Positions 20,386-29,940 are shown, counted from the stretch's first letter. The stretch is 64,000 nt of DNA from Nitrospinaceae bacterium (GCA_965237905.1 OZ250172.1:1024001-1088000); one strand, 5' to 3'. A program made the numbers and translations. Notes: generated from the letters alone by a model not told the origin.

Positions 20386-20583
20386 CCTCTGGCGAGGAGA
20401 AGCAACTAGCTGACGTTTAACGGCTTGCTATAATCCTTGGGCGCACTTCGGTGAGTTAAAACTATCTGCGGCGATTCGCCGCCCTCTGGCGAGGAGAGGC
20501 AACTGGTTGATCGTTGATTGCAAGCGATGACCACCGGGCGCAGTTCAAGGTTTTAAATGACCACCGGCTGATTTCCCCCCGCC
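20386..20583. repeat. degenerate ~97-bp tandem repeat (2 units)
   Basis: CCTCTGGCGAGGAGA at 20386 and 20483, with similarity continuing through GCAACT..GGGCGCA.TT. Confidence 0.75.
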
Positions 20584-20626
20584 CCGGATTTAAATTAAAT
20601 CCACAATTATTTTTTATTTTTTCGTT

Positions 20627-21151
20627 ATGAAACTACAGGTCCATCAATCTGAAATCGAATTGATCCAGGGCGACATCACCGAAAGCGACACCGACGCCAT
20701 CGTCAACGCCGCCAATGCGCAATTGATTCTGGGCGCGGGGGTGGCGGGTGCCATCCGCACCAAGGGAGGTCCGTCCATTCAGGAGGAATGCAATGCCATC
20801 GGCCATTGCCCGGTAGGCGGGGCGGTCATCACCGGTGGGGGAAATTTAAAAGCGCGGCATGTGATTCATGCAGTCGGACCCCGCCAGGGCGAAGGCGATG
20901 AGGAAGAAAAATTAAAAAACGCCACTCTCAACAGTTTGAAAGTGGCGGATGAAAATCATTTGAAGTCGATCACCTTCCCGGCGATCAGTACCGGCATCTA
21001 CGGATTCCCCCTCGATGCCTGCGCCCGCATCATGCTCACCACCGCGAAGAGATACCTCAGCGGCACCACAAAAATCGAGCACGTCGTCTTCGCGTTATTC
21101 GACGATAAAAGTTTCAATGCCTTCGAAGATCAATTAAAGACGTTGTTATAA
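20627..21151 (+). CDS. macrodomain protein (ADP-ribose binding/hydrolase)
   Basis: QGDIT, DAIVNAAN, GAGVAGAI, VIHAVGP and FPAISTGIYGFP motifs. Confidence 0.93.
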   Translation: MKLQVHQSEIELIQGDITESDTDAIVNAANAQLILGAGVAGAIRTKGGPSIQEECNAIGHCPVGGAVITGGGNLKARHVIHAVGPRQGEGDEEEKLKNATLNSLKVADENHLKSITFPAISTGIYGFPLDACARIMLTTAKRYLSGTTKIEHVVFALFDDKSFNAFEDQLKTLL

Positions 21152-22387
21152 AAAATAATCTTCTTCTTCGGGTGTATGGGGGATGAGGGCGTCGAGTTTT
21201 TCGGGGTTCTTGATGAGGTCTTCGAACCACCAGTTGACGTGGTTGTACAGGCAGGTCACGTTTTCGCATTCCTTGGTGGCGTTGAAATCGTGGATCATGC
21301 TGGTGCAGGTGTCGCGCACCCCGGCGTAGCCTTTGGCGTCGGCATAGCCATCCTTCTCGCCGATTTTGCCGTGCGGCTGGTTGCGGTACACGGGGCAGTT
21401 GTAGGTGCCGAGAGAACTCAATATCTGCCGGAAAAACTGCATGTGGCATCTCTGCGGCTGGCCGATGTTGTCGGCCGATTTTTCCCCGCTCAACAGCATC
21501 TTGAGATTGGTGGCGCGGTGGACTTTGAAATTACCGTCCTCCAGTGCGGAGGCTTTCTCCAGTTGTCCGCCGATGACCTTGACGATTTGCTTGTACCGTT
21601 TGTCCGACGCTTCGAGGTCGATCACTTCCGCATTGTTGATCTCCGCACGGGTCAGAAACGGTTTGAAGGCGATGTAATCAAACTGGTTGCGCTTGGCCAG
21701 CTCTGCCGCCTCGGCCATCTCGTGCATATTCTCGACGATGTCCTCATCGAAGATGTGGGCGCCCTTCCACGTCACGATGTACGAAAATCCGACTTTGAAC
21801 CTGGAATTGACCGCTTTGATGTCGGGAATGTGCGCACAGATTTCTTCCAGCGTGATTTTGATTTTCGGCAGGTGCATGGCCTGAAACGTAGGATCAGTTC
21901 CCGAATCGAGCGACAGCCGCACCCAGTCGCCTTCGTCCAGGCAATCAGCGATGGTGAGGATTCTTTTATTACCGGCACCGTTGGAAACGATGGATACTTG
22001 CAGACCCAGCTCTTTCATGAAGCGAATGGTCTCCTCGAACTTCGGATAAGTAGTCGGCTCGCCGCCGCCGATGACGATGATGGACTTGAGGCCCTTCTCA
22101 GCCATCAACTTCAACGAATCGAGCAGGCGCTGGTGATCGTACCGGATATTCAGATTTAGAATTTCCTTATCGACGCAATGATCGCAGGCGTAGTTGCACG
22201 CGGTGGTGAGGTCGAGGTTGATAGAGACCGGCGCGAAGTCGGGCATGGCTTCCGGATTGCGGTTTTCGCCGCTGGCCAGCCATTTCACGTATTCCTTGAC
22301 GCGTGGCAGGGTGTCCGGCTGGCGGAGCTTGGCGGCGAAATCGTGAATGGAAGACAGCGCAACTTTCTGTTTTTCAGCAGTATTCAT
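21146..22387 (-). CDS. radical SAM protein with C-terminal Cys-rich (SPASM/twitch-like) region
   Basis: CNYACDHC, GGGEPT and additional C-terminal Cys residues. Confidence 0.88.
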   Translation of the reverse strand: MNTAEKQKVALSSIHDFAAKLRQPDTLPRVKEYVKWLASGENRNPEAMPDFAPVSINLDLTTACNYACDHCVDKEILNLNIRYDHQRLLDSLKLMAEKGLKSIIVIGGGEPTTYPKFEETIRFMKELGLQVSIVSNGAGNKRILTIADCLDEGDWVRLSLDSGTDPTFQAMHLPKIKITLEEICAHIPDIKAVNSRFKVGFSYIVTWKGAHIFDEDIVENMHEMAEAAELAKRNQFDYIAFKPFLTRAEINNAEVIDLEASDKRYKQIVKVIGGQLEKASALEDGNFKVHRATNLKMLLSGEKSADNIGQPQRCHMQFFRQILSSLGTYNCPVYRNQPHGKIGEKDGYADAKGYAGVRDTCTSMIHDFNATKECENVTCLYNHVNWWFEDLIKNPEKLDALIPHTPEEEDYFL

Positions 22388-23325
22388 ATTTGGAGATTCT
22401 CCACCAGGTCCTTTAAATCGATCATGGACGCGATCAGTTGTTTTTTGTCGGTTGGCTGTCCGCTTTCAAGATCAGCCAGGGTGTGCCGGACTCGTTTCTT
22501 CAGCGGATCTGCCACCGCGACCTGCTTCCCCGACTCGCCGGTAAACATCATTTGATATTCGGGAAGTTGGATGGACCGCCGCACGGCATGGCCGTTGATG
22601 GCGTATCCCGCCGGACGCGGACTCTCTGGAGTTTGAACCAGATCCACCGCCACTTCCAGACAACCTGTTGCATGCCGGTATTCAAATGAAACCGTCAGGT
22701 GTTCGGGATTTTTAGTAGCCGCCCGTGGATTCTGAACCTCACCGAGACCCGTTAAACAGTGTACCATGCTCAGCACATGAGGCAATGAGTCGATCACCAT
22801 ATTTATACCGGAGGCCGCCGGTCCCAGCAACATCTCGAACCGTTCGACCGGCTGATCCTTCACTTCCGGATACAGCGAGTAATACTCGTCGAGGGTCTCC
22901 GGCCATTGGGTCACCAGTTGCAGCAGTTGTCCCTCGCCGCAAAAACCTTCGACCAGGCGTTCCACTTCCTCCGGTTCGCAGGTTTTACCATCCTCCCAGA
23001 ATAACGGCTTTTCGCACAAACAGGAAACGCCGAATGCCGCCACCGTCTCCAAATGTTGGCGATGCACGCCTGTGGGGGACGCGATGACCACCACCGTTGG
23101 ATTCGCCTGCTCGAGTGCGGATTTTAAATCCGTATAACCCCGTGTGGAAATTCCATAGTGTTGTTGCAGATGACGCGCGGTGTCTTCCACCGAGTGGGAC
23201 GAGGTACCAACGATCCCGCAGATCTCCGCGCCCTGCTCGTGAAAATATTGGGCGATGAACTCACCGAGTCCCTGTTTACGCCGTCTGGCTCCGACTATCA
23301 GTACCCGATGACTGCTCACCGGCAC
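22384..23325 (-). CDS. Gfo/Idh/MocA family oxidoreductase
   Basis: Rossmann-like N-terminus, IASPTGVH and CEKP motifs. Confidence 0.8.
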   Translation of the reverse strand: MPVSSHRVLIVGARRRKQGLGEFIAQYFHEQGAEICGIVGTSSHSVEDTARHLQQHYGISTRGYTDLKSALEQANPTVVVIASPTGVHRQHLETVAAFGVSCLCEKPLFWEDGKTCEPEEVERLVEGFCGEGQLLQLVTQWPETLDEYYSLYPEVKDQPVERFEMLLGPAASGINMVIDSLPHVLSMVHCLTGLGEVQNPRAATKNPEHLTVSFEYRHATGCLEVAVDLVQTPESPRPAGYAINGHAVRRSIQLPEYQMMFTGESGKQVAVADPLKKRVRHTLADLESGQPTDKKQLIASMIDLKDLVENLQI

Positions 23326-24358
23326 CTCCTTGATTCATGATCTGTTGAACGGCGTGGAACACCTTGTCCGGCGTCATCTCGATCATGCAGGGATGATCGA
23401 TGGGACACACTTTCTTGTGGCACGGCACGCAGGGCAAATCCTCGCGCAGGATCACCGTCTGATCCAGATGACAGTTGGTGTGGCGCGGATCGGTCGGACC
23501 CATCAGCACCACCACCGGTTTGCCGAACGCCACCGCGTAATGGCGCGGTCCGGTATCGTTGGTCACCAACAAGTTACTGCGCCGCATCAATGCCTTCAGC
23601 ACGCCAAGGTCAACTTTATCCGGGCCGGTGTTGATGATTTCCGCTTTCGAATTTTGAACGATTTCATCGGCGATGGCGTCTTCGCCGGGTCCCACCAGCA
23701 ACAGCAGTTTGCTTTTATATTGGTTCTGAATCTGTTCTGCCAGCTCGGCGAAGTATTTCGGCGGCCAGCATTTGGACGACCCGAACTGCGCACCAGGGTT
23801 GAGCGCGACCACACGGTCCCCCGCCGCGATTCCATAATTTTGCAATAGCTCTTCGCCCCGCGCGGATTCCTCATCGGTCAGGTACAGTTGCGGCGTCACC
23901 GGCACTTCGATCTTCAATCCCATCCAACTCAGGAGGGCCAGATAGTAATCGGTCATCGGCACCGGTTGGTAGCGTCCGTTTTCCATGGGCGGGTTGGGTC
24001 CCTGGACAAAAAACTTCCGGAAGCCCCGGCGGTACCCGATGATATTTTTCACTCCGCCCCATCGCACGGATAAAAACGAACGGAAGGAATTGGGCAGGAG
24101 TATCGCCAGGTCCGGCGACTCGTCGCGAATCGCTGACGCCAGTTGTTGCATTCCGCTAAAACCTTTGTCGTGGCAGGGAATCAAACGGTCGATGCCGGGA
24201 TGCCCCACCAGAATTTTGGCGGCGTACCGGCGAACCGCGACAGCAATGCGCGCCTCCGGGTAATTGCTTTTGAGGATGTGGATAACCGGCTCGGCCATGA
24301 CCACATCGCCTACCCAGTTGGGGAAACGAATTAGAATCCTCTCGACGGGATCGCTCAT
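23276..24358 (-). CDS. waaF: lipopolysaccharide heptosyltransferase II (GT9)
   Basis: PNWVGDVVM, NPGAQFGSSKCWP and TNDTGPRHYA motifs. Confidence 0.88.
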   Translation of the reverse strand: MSDPVERILIRFPNWVGDVVMAEPVIHILKSNYPEARIAVAVRRYAAKILVGHPGIDRLIPCHDKGFSGMQQLASAIRDESPDLAILLPNSFRSFLSVRWGGVKNIIGYRRGFRKFFVQGPNPPMENGRYQPVPMTDYYLALLSWMGLKIEVPVTPQLYLTDEESARGEELLQNYGIAAGDRVVALNPGAQFGSSKCWPPKYFAELAEQIQNQYKSKLLLLVGPGEDAIADEIVQNSKAEIINTGPDKVDLGVLKALMRRSNLLVTNDTGPRHYAVAFGKPVVVLMGPTDPRHTNCHLDQTVILREDLPCVPCHKKVCPIDHPCMIEMTPDKVFHAVQQIMNQGGAGEQSSGTDSRSQTA

Positions 24359-24359
24359 A

Positions 24360-24863
24360 TTATTTTTTTAGTTTGGCCAGGATTTCGGTGGTGCTGTGGT
24401 CTTTGGCATCGCCCACGGTCACCACCTCGCCGCCGTAAGCTTTGACGATGGGATATTCCGGCATCTGTTCCAGACGGTCGGCGTAGTCGCTCCCTTTGGT
24501 GTGGACGTCGGGTTTCAGCAGGCCGCACAACGGACCGGGATGATTGTCCTCCAACGGCACCACGTAATCGACCGCCTCGATGGCGGAGATGATTTCCATC
24601 CGTTCGTAATCCGGGTTGACGGGATTACGGTCCGGCTTGATGCGCTTGACCGATGCGTCGGTATTGATGGCGACTATCAGGATGTCCCCCAGCGCCTTGG
24701 CACCGAACAGGTAACGCAGGTGCCCGACGTGGAGAATCTCGAAACAGCCGTTGGCGAACACCACTTTGCGGCCAGCCTTGCGGTGCGCCTCCAACACAGG
24801 AACCAGATCGGCCGGATTGGGGTAAACTTTTTTATGATGGACGGGAATGACCGGATCGCTCAC
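24360..24863 (-). CDS. ADP-heptose synthase adenylyltransferase domain (RfaE domain II)
   Basis: VFANGCFEILHVGH, KGSDY and HSTT motifs. Confidence 0.85.
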   Translation of the reverse strand: MSDPVIPVHHKKVYPNPADLVPVLEAHRKAGRKVVFANGCFEILHVGHLRYLFGAKALGDILIVAINTDASVKRIKPDRNPVNPDYERMEIISAIEAVDYVVPLEDNHPGPLCGLLKPDVHTKGSDYADRLEQMPEYPIVKAYGGEVVTVGDAKDHSTTEILAKLKK

Positions 24864-25193
24864 ACGGACTCCTAAGGCGAGTTCACTTTAAAAATCTATT
24901 TTAAAGGAATTTTTGCCCGGGGCCTACACCTAAAGTGGGGTCCGGTTTGCCTTTTTGCCATTTTTTTCAAACGCTTAACACCAGAAAAACCCCTAAAACC
25001 CGTAGTCAAGGAGCCGGCAAATTCTACGCCTAACTATTTTACTTATGTAATTTTTGGGCGTATTCGAATGATATTCTTTGATATACCAAATATAATAACG
25101 GCGGACCCTGAGGCCTCGGGCTTTTATTCCTCGCCTGGATCATTGGTATTTTTAAAATTCCCAACGAATCCCACAAAAAAGGGGGACACTAAA

Positions 25194-25811
25194 ATGGAAT
25201 GGCTGGATCAAGATAAGGATACCCTGGACTTTTTAGTCCGACAAAGACGTAACTTGATGATCGCGAGCATAATGCTTTTTCTCGTAAAAGGTCATGGGCT
25301 TCATCCTATAGCGAGCGGGGATCCTGAGATGACTATATTAGGATATAAGTTTAGTTTCGCAACCTCCATTGATGTGCCTAATATCCTGACCTTAGCTGTC
25401 CTCTACTTTATTATTCGTTTTGCCCAGTATTTCCAAACATTAAAAGGAGGTTATATAAAAAAAACGCTCAGAGAACAGAGCGCTGATTATGTCAAAAATT
25501 TAGCAAAAAAATCTTTCGTTAGTTCAAAAATTCAAAAGGGGGCTTTGAAGGTCGAAGTCAGAGATTCGGAAATTACTCGCGTTGATCCGTATGAAATCAA
25601 AATTAGTTCTTGGATCGAAAAGAAACCTAACCAACACCACGGTGAGGAAAGGGTGGTTACATTAAATAAATGGGAGCGATTTCGCGTTTCTTTTTATGCT
25701 TGGCGGCAAGTCATCAACTATACTCCTATTTTTACTGAGTTTATTCTTCCTGTTTTCTTTGGGTTAGGCGCTTCCGGTTATTATTTTTCTAAAATGACGA
25801 TTATATTTTAA
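25194..25811 (+). CDS. hypothetical membrane protein (AT-rich)
   Basis: GGGGGA RBS before ATG 25194; three hydrophobic segments. Confidence 0.6.
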   Translation: MEWLDQDKDTLDFLVRQRRNLMIASIMLFLVKGHGLHPIASGDPEMTILGYKFSFATSIDVPNILTLAVLYFIIRFAQYFQTLKGGYIKKTLREQSADYVKNLAKKSFVSSKIQKGALKVEVRDSEITRVDPYEIKISSWIEKKPNQHHGEERVVTLNKWERFRVSFYAWRQVINYTPIFTEFILPVFFGLGASGYYFSKMTIIF

Positions 25812-25967
25812 AGTAAGAGAGTTTTATGGAAGAACTGAAAAAGAAGCTCACTTCCGAAATACTCCCCGAATTCACCAAAGGCGGAGATTCCGGGCGATCC
25901 TCCGCCTGGTCCGGGACCAGATTCTCTCTTGGCAGAATCAACACACCAAATACAGGTGAGAAATCGG

Positions 25968-25995
25968 TTGACAGTGCTCTATATAGTGCTATCTT
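25968..25995 (+). promoter_or_regulatory. sigma70 promoter
   Basis: TTGACA-N16-TATCTT with extended -10 TG. Confidence 0.55.
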
Positions 25996-26000
25996 GAGGC

Positions 26001-26402
26001 TGTCCTAATTATGGGGCCCTCAACAAAAGGAGTTTTATGCGGTTCTTGAAGCTCATATTGAGGCCTCCCTTGCTCGCTCGGTAGTTGGTGCTACCGATAG
26101 TTGAACCACGAGGGACGGACATCGAAGCACCCAAAAGATTGGCAATCCTCAAGGACACCTCACGATTTTATAGGATTATGAGAACTTTGAGGACCCTGCG
26201 CCAAGTGGTGCACCAACACCATCGGGTCCAATATAAAACCCGGTTATAATAGTTTTCCCCGTTACGGGACGGCTTGGATATGGTGAGAGGGTTCGTAGGT
26301 TGAGCCGGTTTGCTTTGTGGCAAGTGGTGATAGCTTGGTTGCTACACCAGCAGGCCATGTTGCTGAATCGAAGTGAGTGCGACCCTCAGCTTCACTTTTT
26401 TT
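26001..26402 (+). ncRNA. candidate large structured ncRNA (GOLLD-like 3' architecture)
   Basis: About 9 helices with G-U pairs favouring the + strand, terminal T-loop-like hairpin and T7 tract; no long + strand ORF. Confidence 0.5.
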
Positions 26403-26437
26403 AAACCCCAAGGAGACTAGCGGTCCGAGAGGAGGTT

Positions 26438-27061
26438 TCACGCTCCATTGAGTCCCGGTCCGTCGAGGGTGTTCAGGCGCACCACATCCTCCACCGGATG
26501 ACGGTACGCCCTTGGCCGCGGGGCACCCTTCTGATGACCCAGCACGACAATCATTACGGGAATGAGGTTGGGGGTCAGCTTTAGAATCTTTGAAACTGCT
26601 TCCGGATCGAACCCGATCATCGGGCCCGTCACCCATCCGCGATTGACGGCGCCATACATCAACGTCATCGCCGCGAGCGAGGCACTGCGAATCGCTTCGT
26701 CGCGTTGCGCCTGAGGTTTGCCTTCGTAGAAATTTTGAATCATGGGCACCATTTCCCCCCGAATTTCTTCCGGGGCCTCCTGATAAATTTTTGAAGCGTC
26801 TTTGTAGGCGTCCAGCTTGCCGCACACCAGAATCGCCACTGAGCTTTCCTCCACCTGCGGTTGACCCCACGCCGCTTCCCTGAATTTCTTCTTCATGGCG
26901 GAATCTTTGACCGCTATAAAAATCCAGTGCTGAAGATTGAACGAACTGGGGCTCAAGACCACTTCATCGAACAGCTCCTTGAGCTCCGCATCGCTGATGG
27001 TTTTTTCAGTTTCGTAGGATTTAACACTGCGACGTTGCTGAACAATCTCCAAAAATTCCAT
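26438..27061 (-). CDS. nitroreductase family protein
   Basis: RRSVKSY, SPSSFNLQHW and TGPMIGFD motifs. Confidence 0.9.
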   Translation of the reverse strand: MEFLEIVQQRRSVKSYETEKTISDAELKELFDEVVLSPSSFNLQHWIFIAVKDSAMKKKFREAAWGQPQVEESSVAILVCGKLDAYKDASKIYQEAPEEIRGEMVPMIQNFYEGKPQAQRDEAIRSASLAAMTLMYGAVNRGWVTGPMIGFDPEAVSKILKLTPNLIPVMIVVLGHQKGAPRPRAYRHPVEDVVRLNTLDGPGLNGA

Positions 27062-27099
27062 GATCCATTCCTTTCTACTGTAACCATTTCACACTTGGT

Positions 27100-27969
27100 T
27101 TATTTAAGGACACTCCAATCCTGTTGTTTCGCCCAATCGTTGAAATTTTGCCATGGCACTTCCGGAAATTCCTTATGCAAATTCTTGATGTCCGCCGAAT
27201 AGCCGACCTTATTGAACCACGAGAACATTTCGGCGAAATCGGCATTTTCGGCCCGCATGAATTCCGGATCGAAGCCTTCGTATCCGATGGTACGCCCACT
27301 GGCTTTGGAGATCGCTGCGACCGTCTCTTTCCCGGTCAACTCATCCCCGGCGATATCGAACCGCTTACCGAAAACTTTGTCCCGGCGCTCAATCATGGCT
27401 GCCGAAAAGGCCCCGATGTCATGGACCGATACCTGTTGCAGAGGGCGATCCGCCGGCATCGCAAATTTCAGCGTTCCTTCCTGGATGGAAGGCAAAAACC
27501 ACGGCGCGAACCAGTTGTCCATAAAAAATACCGGCGCAACGATGGTGTAAGGAATCTTGATCGACGCGATATGCTGTTCCACTTTGTACTTGCTGTCGAA
27601 GTGGGGAATGTTCGTGTTGCGGTCGCCACTGCCCACCGAGTTAAAAACCAGATGTCCCACCCCGGCCTGTTTCACGGCATCGACCAGATCGATTCCCTGT
27701 TTCGCTTCCGCATCCACGCCGGCTTCATAGGGAGTGGTCATGGCAAGCACCGTGTCCATTCCTTTGGCCGCCTTGACTAGGGAAGCCGAGTTGGTAAAAT
27801 CACCTTTAACGACTTCCACTCCCTGTTCGGCAAGCTGTTTCGCTTTTGGAGAATCCGGGTCGCGCGTCAACGTACGAATACGATGACCTTTCGGTAAAAG
27901 ATTCTGAACCACGGCACCGCCCTGGTTCCCGGTGGCTCCCATCACCAATACTGATAATTTTTTAGACAT
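27100..27969 (-). CDS. NmrA/HSCARG family protein
   Basis: GATGNQGG and IPHFDSKYKVE motifs. Confidence 0.9.
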   Translation of the reverse strand: MSKKLSVLVMGATGNQGGAVVQNLLPKGHRIRTLTRDPDSPKAKQLAEQGVEVVKGDFTNSASLVKAAKGMDTVLAMTTPYEAGVDAEAKQGIDLVDAVKQAGVGHLVFNSVGSGDRNTNIPHFDSKYKVEQHIASIKIPYTIVAPVFFMDNWFAPWFLPSIQEGTLKFAMPADRPLQQVSVHDIGAFSAAMIERRDKVFGKRFDIAGDELTGKETVAAISKASGRTIGYEGFDPEFMRAENADFAEMFSWFNKVGYSADIKNLHKEFPEVPWQNFNDWAKQQDWSVLK

Positions 27970-28027
27970 GATAAACCTCCTGTTTTTACGATTTATAATT
28001 TTGAAATCCCCTTTAGATCAAAGAGGG

Positions 28028-28618
28028 TTATTCGATAGCTGCATACAGTTCGCCGAGTACCGGCATGATCTTGGGTCCCGCGTCTTCCGCCCAGTTATCC
28101 ACCATCTCGGACAAAATCTGAACTGTGGAGACCACACCGATACCGGCCTGTCTCATCCGATCCAAGGCAAATCCATCGGAAGCTTTAGTAGCGGAACCGG
28201 AAGCGTCGGCCACTACCTGCACTTCATAGCCTTCATTGGCGGCGTTGAGCGCCGGATACACGACGCAGACTTCCGTCAACAGACCCGCCATGATCAGCTT
28301 CTTGCGACCGGTGGCCTTCACGGCCTTGGCGAAGTTGGGATCGTCGAAGGCGTCAACAATACCCGCCCGTTTGACGCGTGCGGCATATTCCTCCGGCAGG
28401 ATGTCTTTCAGCTCCGGAAACAGTGGACCCTGCGCCTGATCCTCCATACTGCTGGTCAGAACCACTTTCATGCCGGCGGCCTTGGCGGCTTTAGCCAATG
28501 CCAACGTGTTGCGCTTCACTTCTTCATGAGGTGCGGAATGCATCCATCCGATCGTGCCGACCTGATGGTCGATGAGCAGCATCGCCGCATTGTTTGCGTT
28601 GAATCGTTCGTAAGCCAT
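28028..28618 (-). CDS. isochorismatase-family hydrolase (YcaC-like)
   Basis: LLIDHQ and AGLLTEVCV motifs. Confidence 0.88.
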   Translation of the reverse strand: MAYERFNANNAAMLLIDHQVGTIGWMHSAPHEEVKRNTLALAKAAKAAGMKVVLTSSMEDQAQGPLFPELKDILPEEYAARVKRAGIVDAFDDPNFAKAVKATGRKKLIMAGLLTEVCVVYPALNAANEGYEVQVVADASGSATKASDGFALDRMRQAGIGVVSTVQILSEMVDNWAEDAGPKIMPVLGELYAAIE

Positions 28619-28630
28619 TTTCAATCCCCC

Positions 28631-29428
28631 CTATATTCCGTCTTTATATAATGGATAATCCACCTTGGCCGGAACTTCGACCACGGCGATGCGCAGCGGA
28701 CTGTCCGCTTCCGCCTGAATGGAAACCGCTCCCGGCTCCCCGGCATGGACCACTGCAAAGTATCGTGGCTCCAGGTAATGCTTGCCTAACGTGGTTTCAT
28801 CCACCAGCAATCCTTTGCCGTCGATCACCACCATCGCCAATGTCCGATTTGCAGGAAGTTCACGGTCGTAGCGATGACCCGGCTGAATGAGAATGTCCTG
28901 CATGGCCGCTTCCGCCTCGATCGTGACCGGAGCGCCTTCGCCGATGACCTGCTTGATGACCACGCCATCGCGGGCTTCGGTCGGAAAATCTTCGTGGGCG
29001 AATTCCCGGTAAGTCGGAGGTTTGGTGATCGCCTCCCGCAGATTCGGCTCGAACCAGATCTGGAAAAATTCATTATGATCCGCCACTGTTTCTTCTTCAT
29101 GGGAAACGCCCGAACCGGTTTGCATGACCTGGGCACCGCCGGCTTTCACCCGGCTTTTGGTTCCCAGCGTGTCGTAATGGCCAATTTCCCCTTCCAGCGC
29201 ATAACTCATGATTTCGAACGCCTGGTGCGGATGGAGCGCGATCTTGCCGTAACCCTTCGCCGTCGCCCACGCCCAGTAAAACAACGGGCCGGTGTTTTTG
29301 ACATTCGGACCGTCCTGGGGAAAACCGATGGGCTTGATTTCGGTGATGCGCCCGCCGTCAAACTGTCCCACGGCCTGCGCTTCCGGCGGGTAAATTTTGA
29401 TGTCCAGTTCATTCTTGATGGTATTCAT
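28631..29428 (-). CDS. pirin family protein
   Basis: HPHQAFEI, HYDTLG, GSGVSHEE and FQIWF motifs. Confidence 0.88.
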   Translation of the reverse strand: MNTIKNELDIKIYPPEAQAVGQFDGGRITEIKPIGFPQDGPNVKNTGPLFYWAWATAKGYGKIALHPHQAFEIMSYALEGEIGHYDTLGTKSRVKAGGAQVMQTGSGVSHEEETVADHNEFFQIWFEPNLREAITKPPTYREFAHEDFPTEARDGVVIKQVIGEGAPVTIEAEAAMQDILIQPGHRYDRELPANRTLAMVVIDGKGLLVDETTLGKHYLEPRYFAVVHAGEPGAVSIQAEADSPLRIAVVEVPAKVDYPLYKDGI

Positions 29429-29470
29429 GCTCGTGTCCTCAAATGATGTCGTTACTGCAATGATTTTCCG

Positions 29471-29890
29471 TTAGTCCACAATTTTAATTTCCAACTGATG
29501 GCCGTCCGGGTCGAAGAAGTACACCGAATGATTGCGCGGCTCGCCGTCCATTTTCACGCCACTGTCTTTCAACGTTTGGATGATCTCGTCCACCCGATCG
29601 GCGGGGGCGGAGTACGCATAATGCAGATACCCGTCATCGGTCATGATCTTCTGTCCCGCTTCCAAATCGAGGTCCGGTGATTCAAACAAAGCGATCGCCA
29701 CATTACCGGCGTCCACTTCCACATGCTTCAATCCGCCCTGGGTTTCAGTCCGCATGATCACCGGAAATCCCAGGATACCGGTGTAAAAGGCCTCCGCCCG
29801 GTCCATATTACGGACGTTGAGGGCGAAATGATTGATGCCGTCGAGTTTGATGGGTGTTCCCTTTGTTTTGGTGTTTGAGTTTTTTTTCAT
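29471..29890 (-). CDS. VOC/glyoxalase family protein
   Basis: INHFALNV, FYTGILG and YFFDPDGHQLE motifs. Confidence 0.88.
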   Translation of the reverse strand: MKKNSNTKTKGTPIKLDGINHFALNVRNMDRAEAFYTGILGFPVIMRTETQGGLKHVEVDAGNVAIALFESPDLDLEAGQKIMTDDGYLHYAYSAPADRVDEIIQTLKDSGVKMDGEPRNHSVYFFDPDGHQLEIKIVD

Positions 29891-29940
29891 GGTGTCGCCT
29901 CTCATTTAAATTCTGATTGATGCTTCCTGTCCCAATATAA

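Noticed and set aside
20386..20583. CRISPR array or tandem glycine riboswitch
   Set aside because: Only two units, with similarity extending through the whole unit (no unique spacers) and no cas genes; glycine aptamer core motifs (CCGAAG, CTCTCAGG) are absent
20627..21151. Macrodomain as antitoxin for the ART at 371-1144
   Set aside because: About 19 kb apart, native composition and a housekeeping-type macrodomain; no evidence of linkage
26411..26435. GGAGACTAGCGGTCCGAGAGGAG resembling a flavivirus 3'UTR motif
   Set aside because: Short imperfect match with no viral context; treated as coincidence
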